The position numbers were made by a program, and so were the translations under genes. From positions 126,553-190,552 of IMG/VR virus record IMGVR_UViG_3300032293_001706: DNA of 64,000 nucleotides. One strand, written 5' to 3'. Under the pieces are notes generated by a model. It saw only the letters and a program-made list of their open reading frames with translations, did not search any database and was not told the origin of the DNA. The stretch comes from a virus. Shown here in pieces: positions 56,488 through 63,218 of this stretch (the first letter of the stretch is position 1; every line of letters starts with the position of its first letter).

Positions 56488-57525
56488 TTAAATATTATCT
56501 TTAAAATATTCATTATAATTTGAAACAACTTCAGACCAAGATGGGCTTGTATTATCTAAGTATACACGTAAACCTTCATATGTGTCTTTTATAAAAGTAT
56601 CTAATCTACCATGATAATCAAGTAATTCATTTGAATCCTCCATTTTCCCTAAATAAGAACTAATAGAGTCTTTAACCATATTATCAAAAACATTTGTAAT
56701 ATTTACACCATATTCATAGTTGTTAACTTTTTCACCATTTTTTAAAGTTTTTGTTTTTGTAAAATTTTCGTATAAAGGTTCATCTCTAGATAAAAGTAAA
56801 AATTTTCTAATGACATTAGTTACTAAACTATAGTATTCATCTGAAAGGGCCGATTCGTAAGCCTGATTATATAAAGAGTTCAAATCAACTTTTAAGTCAT
56901 TAAATTCATCACAATTTTTTATTAAATCGTAAATCTCTTTAGATTCAACTATCTTATTTAACCTATCAGTGGTCAGTATAAACGTATTATCGTCATTATC
57001 AGACTCAATAAAATCAAGTATAACTCCACTACTACCATTATAATATAATTCTTTATTAAGACCATTTTCTTTAATTATTTCAATGAGTTTTTTAAAGTTA
57101 TCATTAGATAAATCATCTATTATTGATGACTCATAATTTTCATAATAAAAACCATAATCTAAATTACCTTCTAATATATTTCTAATAAATTCTTCACTGG
57201 CACTATTTCTTGAACTGCTAAATAAATCGGATAAATCACCAATTTCACTTAACATTAAATAATATTTATTATTCTCGTATTTAACATCAGGTAATTGTTC
57301 CGCAAAAAAGTTAAGAACATCCTTTATTGATTTTTCTTTAATCCAAAAATCAAAATATTCGTTAGGTAAAAGGTCAATCATCGAATCATCTAAATGTTCG
57401 CCACTAATAATACCCTCATCAATTAGATGATTGAAAAAAATATCAAAATGTTTGAAGAAGTACTTACTAATTATATCTGTTAGTTCATCACGGTCTCCAT
57501 TACTTATTATTTCTTCTAAATCCAT
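56488..57525 (-). CDS. Acidic hypothetical protein
   Basis: 345-aa ORF; TATTTAT motif on the minus strand at 57530-36. Confidence 0.6.
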   Translation of the reverse strand: MDLEEIISNGDRDELTDIISKYFFKHFDIFFNHLIDEGIISGEHLDDSMIDLLPNEYFDFWIKEKSIKDVLNFFAEQLPDVKYENNKYYLMLSEIGDLSDLFSSSRNSASEEFIRNILEGNLDYGFYYENYESSIIDDLSNDNFKKLIEIIKENGLNKELYYNGSSGVILDFIESDNDDNTFILTTDRLNKIVESKEIYDLIKNCDEFNDLKVDLNSLYNQAYESALSDEYYSLVTNVIRKFLLLSRDEPLYENFTKTKTLKNGEKVNNYEYGVNITNVFDNMVKDSISSYLGKMEDSNELLDYHGRLDTFIKDTYEGLRVYLDNTSPSWSEVVSNYNEYFKDNI

Positions 57526-57540
57526 ATTAATAAATATAAA

Positions 57541-57562
57541 AAAAGGGGAAAAATCCCCTTTT
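57541..57562. terminator. Hairpin, likely bidirectional intrinsic terminator
   Basis: AAAAGGGGA-AAAA-TCCCCTTTT. Confidence 0.7.
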
Positions 57563-57583
57563 AATCCAACACTAAAGATAAAT

Positions 57584-57709
57584 TTATTTTTTAACAGTTT
57601 TTTGGTAATACTTCTGAACTGTTTTTTTAACAGCGTTTACAACTGATTCATTAGTTGTTTGAACTGGTTGTGTTGGTTGTTGAGGTTTTTTGCATCCGCA
57701 TCCTGACAT
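57584..57709 (-). CDS. 41-aa MSGCGCK peptide
   Basis: MSGCGCKKPQQPTQPVQ...VKK, translated by hand; TATTTAT on the minus strand at 57739-45. Confidence 0.55.
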   Translation of the reverse strand: MSGCGCKKPQQPTQPVQTTNESVVNAVKKTVQKYYQKTVKK

Positions 57710-57800
57710 AATTGTAGTTTTTAAATTAGTTTATTATTATAAATATGTGAATAATGTATAAATATAGAAACGATAGTATATTTATAAATAAAATAAAGAA

Positions 57801-59588
57801 ATGAGTCTATTGCAAATATTAACAGAAGGTAGAAAAGAAGATTTTGTTGCAAGGTTTTCAAAAAAATTTAATGAAACTCAATTACAACAAATAATTAACG
57901 TTTCTGAATCATTACCAGGACAAAACAAGTATTTAAATTTTATTGGTAACGTAGTTAACCCTAATAATTTTGACACTGATATGTCTAAATTAGAAAGTTT
58001 ATTAGAAAGATTTTCAACAATAGGTCCTAACTTACCAATAAAAGATATCAACCAATATAAAACAATAGAACAGTTAAAAAATGTTATAGACGAATATAAC
58101 AATAAAATAAGAAGAGAGGTAAAAAGTGATGAGCAATCTGATTTAGTATATGAAGATGACGATATGGTTGTAATTCAACCAAAAACTTATGAGGCGTCTT
58201 GTAAATATGGTGCTGGTACAAAATGGTGTACGACCTCAACCAAATCCCATTTTGATAATCATAATAAAAATGGTAAATTATTTTATTTCATTGATAAAAA
58301 GAAACCAACATCAGACCCACTTTATAAAGTGGCGTTATATTACACTTTTGATGATAATATGAAGTTTTATAATGCAACTGATGACGTTATAAAATCAGGT
58401 TGGATTTTTGGTTCAAAAAAGTTAAAAAATATTTTGGATAGAGTGGTTGTATATATTCAAACAAATTTTGGTGAAGAGTATGAACGAATAAGAGAAGAAA
58501 ATAGAATCCGTCGTGAAGAAGAAGCTCGTAAAATGAGGGAAAGAATGGCAGAACAACAACAAAGGAGAGAAGAAGATTTGTGGAAATTACCAACTGACGA
58601 TGAGGAGGCTCTCAAAGCAAATGCGTTATTTAAATTTCTTGTCACTGAAAATAATATTGATTATATGACAGATGAAGAAAAACAAAGGTTACGTGATTTA
58701 AAACAAGAATTAGAAAGATTACAAGAAATATATAATGAAACTGAAAACGCAGATGAAAACACTGATTTAGTGTCGAATATTGAAGTAATTGAGAATGAAA
58801 TAAATGAACTTGAAGAAAAAATAGATGTTTATTATTTAATACCTGAACAGTATCCACATTATGGATTACAAATGTTTGATTATAACGATGAACAATGGGT
58901 GGTAGGAACTGAAGATGAATTTGATGAAGCCGCTTATGAATCTGCTAAATCATTGATAGATGAACTTGGGATTGAATCATTTAATTCATCATTTGTTGAA
59001 GGACATATAGACGATAAAAAAGTTAAAGATTATATTAAAGATTTTTTCTATGATATGGTATATGAAGAACCTAGTGCTTATTTAGATGATAGTGATAGAG
59101 AACTAAGTAAATCTCAGATGAGAGAAATTAACGAACTTCAAAAAGAAAAAACTACTCTCCAAGTAAAGATTAAAATGTTAGAACAAGAAAAAAAACAATT
59201 AAACATGGAAGAAGATACTTGGGAAGTAGACTATGATGAAATGAATGATAATATAACCGAGATGGAAGATAGAATTTCAGAAATTGAAGATGAAATTGAA
59301 AGTATAACATCTAACCCAGAAGGGGACTTTTCAGATGAAAAAATTGAAGGAGAAATAGAATCTCAAGTAGATTATTATGGTGGAAATGCAAAAAACTTCT
59401 ATGACAATTTTTGGGGTGATAATGATTTTACAAAATGGATGGTAAATAACAGGTTAATAGACATTGAAAGTTTAATTAAAGACTACATAGAATCAGATGG
59501 ATATGGTAATGTTTTAAGTAGTTATGATGGGGATTACTATACAGAAGAAATTGAAAACGTTAATTATTACATTATAAGAGTTAATTAA
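57801..59588 (+). CDS. Hypothetical protein with 'WCT' domain and acidic coiled coils
   Basis: PKTYEASCKYGAGTKWCT...LFYFID, paralogous to part of 52332; TATTTAT at 57779-85. Confidence 0.6.
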   Translation: MSLLQILTEGRKEDFVARFSKKFNETQLQQIINVSESLPGQNKYLNFIGNVVNPNNFDTDMSKLESLLERFSTIGPNLPIKDINQYKTIEQLKNVIDEYNNKIRREVKSDEQSDLVYEDDDMVVIQPKTYEASCKYGAGTKWCTTSTKSHFDNHNKNGKLFYFIDKKKPTSDPLYKVALYYTFDDNMKFYNATDDVIKSGWIFGSKKLKNILDRVVVYIQTNFGEEYERIREENRIRREEEARKMRERMAEQQQRREEDLWKLPTDDEEALKANALFKFLVTENNIDYMTDEEKQRLRDLKQELERLQEIYNETENADENTDLVSNIEVIENEINELEEKIDVYYLIPEQYPHYGLQMFDYNDEQWVVGTEDEFDEAAYESAKSLIDELGIESFNSSFVEGHIDDKKVKDYIKDFFYDMVYEEPSAYLDDSDRELSKSQMREINELQKEKTTLQVKIKMLEQEKKQLNMEEDTWEVDYDEMNDNITEMEDRISEIEDEIESITSNPEGDFSDEKIEGEIESQVDYYGGNAKNFYDNFWGDNDFTKWMVNNRLIDIESLIKDYIESDGYGNVLSSYDGDYYTEEIENVNYYIIRVN

Positions 59589-59598
59589 AAAAAAAAAT

Positions 59599-60330
59599 AT
59601 GAATACAAATTGGATGTTATGTGAACCGATTGATTTTGAATATCAAGAATATAAGATGATGGCGTATTTTCAAAAAGTTAGTAATGATTTGGATAACTTT
59701 AAATTATATCCACACTTTAGAGATATTTCATTAAACTACGCAAATTTTTCAAATTTAAAATCAAAGGACAAATATATAAAATTAATTAGTAAATTAGATG
59801 ATATTGATGAGGAAATTTTAATTACTGATTTAGAATATTATGACGTACCACAAATGTCACCAAAAGATTATTCTGAATACAGAACAATAATAGATTTCGG
59901 AGAATCAAAATTTAAAGACTATTTTTTAATCGCCAAATCAATTTGGACGATAATATATGAATCACTTTGGATTGATGTACTTGAAAATGAAAACGAATTA
60001 AAACGAGGAAAAGGATTCTTATTCTTTCAATATGGGGATATTAATTATCTATACAGGTACGAGAAAAAGAAATTAAAAAGAAATAAAAAAGAGACAAAAA
60101 TAGTTTTAACTCCAATCAAAATATCTGCTGATAATTTAAATATTAGTGACTTAATATCGGAAGACAAATATGAAATAAAAAAACCAGGACATCCAATATT
60201 TTTTATTAAAATTAGAAAAAACACAGAAAATATTGTTCCTTTAAATGAAACAATATTACCTCTTATTAAAAGAAGAATTGCAACTTTTCAAACCAAAGAA
60301 ACACAAAAAAAAGGACAGTTTTATAACTGA
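59599..60330 (+). CDS. Hypothetical protein
   Basis: N-terminal W..EPIDFEYQEYKMMAYFQKV. Confidence 0.6.
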   Translation: MNTNWMLCEPIDFEYQEYKMMAYFQKVSNDLDNFKLYPHFRDISLNYANFSNLKSKDKYIKLISKLDDIDEEILITDLEYYDVPQMSPKDYSEYRTIIDFGESKFKDYFLIAKSIWTIIYESLWIDVLENENELKRGKGFLFFQYGDINYLYRYEKKKLKRNKKETKIVLTPIKISADNLNISDLISEDKYEIKKPGHPIFFIKIRKNTENIVPLNETILPLIKRRIATFQTKETQKKGQFYN

Positions 60331-60367
60331 TTTGTTTTTTTAAAATCTTTTGCATAGATTTGTAGTT

Positions 60368-60970
60368 ATGAAAGCTCTTTTTTTGGACCATGATGGTGTT
60401 ATTTGTCTCAGAGACCAATGGGGAAGTAGATTTAAAAAGGAAACGAAGCTTAGAGAAAAGACAGGAATATCAAGAAATTTGAGTTCACCTGACTATGTAC
60501 TGCCTGTTGATTGTAGATTTGATAATTTTGATAAAAAGGCAATCAAAATCCTTAATAAAATTTTGGAAGTAACAGATGTTGAAATTGTTGTATCTTCAGA
60601 TTGGAAAAATTGGGCAAATGTTGAAGAAATGGGGGAATATTACCTATCACAAGGTATTATTAAAAAACCAATCGCATTTACACCAAGGCTGAGTGAATGT
60701 ACCAATTATGATAATGAAACATTTCCTTGGAGCCGTCAATGGGACTTGGAACAAAGTCGTTCACTTGAAATCAAACAATATCTTCAAAATAACCCACAAG
60801 TAACACATTGGGTTGCGGTAGATGATTTGAATATGGGTAAAACAGGAATGAGTTACAGCATAAAGTTTGAACATGATTGGGGACTTGATAATTTTGTCCA
60901 TACACCACTTTCAAATGAAGGAATTAAACAAAGTGGGGTAAAAGAAAAAATAATTAATTTCTTGATGTAA
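60368..60970 (+). CDS. HAD-superfamily (Swiss-army-knife-type) phosphatase
   Basis: FLDHDGV, IVVSSDW, SLEIKQYL, WVAVDDL; ATG start chosen at 60368. Confidence 0.8.
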   Translation: MKALFLDHDGVICLRDQWGSRFKKETKLREKTGISRNLSSPDYVLPVDCRFDNFDKKAIKILNKILEVTDVEIVVSSDWKNWANVEEMGEYYLSQGIIKKPIAFTPRLSECTNYDNETFPWSRQWDLEQSRSLEIKQYLQNNPQVTHWVAVDDLNMGKTGMSYSIKFEHDWGLDNFVHTPLSNEGIKQSGVKEKIINFLM

Positions 60971-61008
60971 TATTGATAAAAAAATAATTAAAACCTATAA
61001 TTTAAAAT

Positions 61009-61182
61009 ATGAAGACAATTAGGAATAAAAAAACAGGAGAACTAAAACGTCTAAACGACAGAGAAGCCCACAAAATGATTGTAACAACTTATTTAGGTTG
61101 GGAGTATGTACCAAAACAGATTTGGAAAAATGAAACAAGAACAGAATCTGTTAAAAAGAATAATCCCAAACTTAAAAAATAA
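61009..61182 (+). CDS. 57-aa hypothetical protein
   Basis: MKTIRNKKTGELKRLND.EA....GWEYVPKQIWK, translated by hand. Confidence 0.55.
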   Translation: MKTIRNKKTGELKRLNDREAHKMIVTTYLGWEYVPKQIWKNETRTESVKKNNPKLKK

Positions 61183-61183
61183 T

Positions 61184-61375
61184 ATGAATCAGAAAGAGGA
61201 AAAACTTTTGATGTCGAAATTAAGGAGTCCTCTCCATATTAGTTACATTGCACATATTCTCAAATGTGACATTGAAAAAGCGACTGAAATTATTCAAGAA
61301 TTGGAAAAAAACGATATTGTTGTTGAATACAACAGAGAAGTTGCAAAAGGATATTACGTAATAAAAAATAAATAA
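61184..61375 (+). CDS. Small winged-HTH-like protein
   Basis: HISYIAHILKCDIEKATEIIQELEKNDIV..GYY pattern. Confidence 0.45.
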   Translation: MNQKEEKLLMSKLRSPLHISYIAHILKCDIEKATEIIQELEKNDIVVEYNREVAKGYYVIKNK

Positions 61376-61376
61376 T

Positions 61377-62570
61377 ATGAAAGTTTTTTTAGAATATATT
61401 TGGTTGGATGGTTATAAACCAGAACCAAATCTTAGAAGTAAGGTAAAAGTAATTGACCATAATCAATATAATATTAAATTAGATGATTGTCCCGAATGGT
61501 CATTTGATGGTTCATCGACAAAACAAGCGGAAGGACATTTTTCAGATTGCATTTTAAAACCTGTTAAAATTTATCCAAACCCATTAAACACTAGCAAAAA
61601 ACCATCATTTTTTGTTTTTTGTGAAGTTATGAATCCAGACGGAACACCGCATAGTTCAAATACAAGGGCATCAATTAGGTCAACGGTTCCATTATCAGAC
61701 TCATTTGAAAAAATAACACCGAGCAGTTCAAACGAAGGAGAATTAATCAGTGAAGAAGATGAAGATTTATGGTTTGGGTTTGAACAGGAATATACAATTA
61801 TTAAAGATGGTAGACCACTTGGTTTTCCGATTAATGGGTATCCTGAACCGCAAGGAAAATATTATTGTGGTGTTGGAAACGGACAGGTAAATGGACGTGA
61901 ATTTGTTCAAAAACATATGGAATATTGTATTGGTGCAGGAATTGACATTACAGGAACAAATGCGGAAGTTCTTTTGGGACAATGGGAATACCAAGTTTTT
62001 TCAAAAGGTAAATTGAAAGCTGGTGACGACCTTTGGATTTCTAGATATATTCTACAACAAATGTCCGAAGATTATGGTTTTACCATTGAGTTCCATCCAA
62101 AACCTGTAAGCGGAGACTGGAATGGCTCTGGTCTACACTGCAATTTTTCAAATGGGAAAATGAGGGATATTGGTGGGGAAGAATACTTCAAAAGTATATT
62201 TTCTACTTTTGATTCAAGACATATAGAACACATTGAAAATTATGGTTCAGATAATAACCTAAGATTGACTGGAAAGCATGAAACACAATCAATTGACAAG
62301 TTTAGTTGGGGAATTTCTGACAGAGGAGCATCCATAAGAGTTCCTTTAAGTACCTCAAAAGAATGGAAAGGATATGTCGAAGATAGAAGGCCAGCATCAA
62401 ATGCAGACCCTTATAGAATTATTAAGGTGATTTCCGAATCTCTAAAACTTTCAGAAACAACCAATAATGTTAGACATATGATGTATGCTAATGTTAATCT
62501 TGATGACATTACAAACAAATATGGTATGATTTCAAATGAAGAACTTTTAAAAGATTATATTAATGACTAA
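61377..62570 (+). CDS. glnII: Glutamine synthetase type II
   Basis: EYIWLDG, WSFDGSST, GFEQEY, NAEV..GQWEYQ, HPKP..GDWNGSG.H.N, RLTG.HET, DRGASIRVP, EDRRPASN. Confidence 0.93.
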   Translation: MKVFLEYIWLDGYKPEPNLRSKVKVIDHNQYNIKLDDCPEWSFDGSSTKQAEGHFSDCILKPVKIYPNPLNTSKKPSFFVFCEVMNPDGTPHSSNTRASIRSTVPLSDSFEKITPSSSNEGELISEEDEDLWFGFEQEYTIIKDGRPLGFPINGYPEPQGKYYCGVGNGQVNGREFVQKHMEYCIGAGIDITGTNAEVLLGQWEYQVFSKGKLKAGDDLWISRYILQQMSEDYGFTIEFHPKPVSGDWNGSGLHCNFSNGKMRDIGGEEYFKSIFSTFDSRHIEHIENYGSDNNLRLTGKHETQSIDKFSWGISDRGASIRVPLSTSKEWKGYVEDRRPASNADPYRIIKVISESLKLSETTNNVRHMMYANVNLDDITNKYGMISNEELLKDYIND

Positions 62571-62733
62571 TTCAGAGAATACAGAAAAGTGTATCAATTG
62601 TGGAATAGACACCGAAATACCAATAAGACAAAATATCGATTTAAGATATGGATATGTTGAAGGTGCGGGTCAATTATGTTCAGAGTGTTTTAAAAAAATC
62701 TACAAAAAAGTAACGGAACAAAATAATGATTAA
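62563..62733 (+). CDS. 56-aa Zn-ribbon protein
   Basis: CINCG...YVEGAGQLCSEC, translated by hand. Confidence 0.6.
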   Translation: MTNSENTEKCINCGIDTEIPIRQNIDLRYGYVEGAGQLCSECFKKIYKKVTEQNND

Positions 62734-63217
62734 TTCTAAGACAAAAAGAATAATTTTGGTTGGAAAAGCGGCTTCAGGTAAAGATTTTTTAAGAAAAAAG
62801 TTTGAGAGTCGTGGTTTCACATTTGGTGTTAGTTACACAACAAGACCAAAAAGAAAGGGTGAAGAGGAAGGAAAAGATTATTATTTCTTAACTGAAGAAG
62901 AATCAAATAAAATGATTGAAGATGGGTTATTTTATGAATGTATATACTTTAATGGATGGTTATATGGTACAACCAAAGAACAGTTCTATCGTGACGATTT
63001 ATTCATTATGACACCAAAAGGGATATCTAAAATCAAACCTGAAGATAGAGAGAGTTCTTTTATTATTTATACTGATATAGATAGACAAACACGAATGAAT
63101 CGTTTATCAGAAAGAGAAATGCCTGGAGATAGTTTATTAAGAAGAATAGACGCTGATGAAATTGATTTTATGGATTTTAATGATTATGATATGAGAATCA
63201 CAAATCCTAATTTTTAA
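62726..63217 (+). CDS. gmk: Guanylate kinase-like protein
   Basis: GKAASGK P-loop, SYTTRPKR.GE..G.DYYF, YGT. Confidence 0.85.
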   Translation: MINSKTKRIILVGKAASGKDFLRKKFESRGFTFGVSYTTRPKRKGEEEGKDYYFLTEEESNKMIEDGLFYECIYFNGWLYGTTKEQFYRDDLFIMTPKGISKIKPEDRESSFIIYTDIDRQTRMNRLSEREMPGDSLLRRIDADEIDFMDFNDYDMRITNPNF

Positions 63218-63218
63218 A

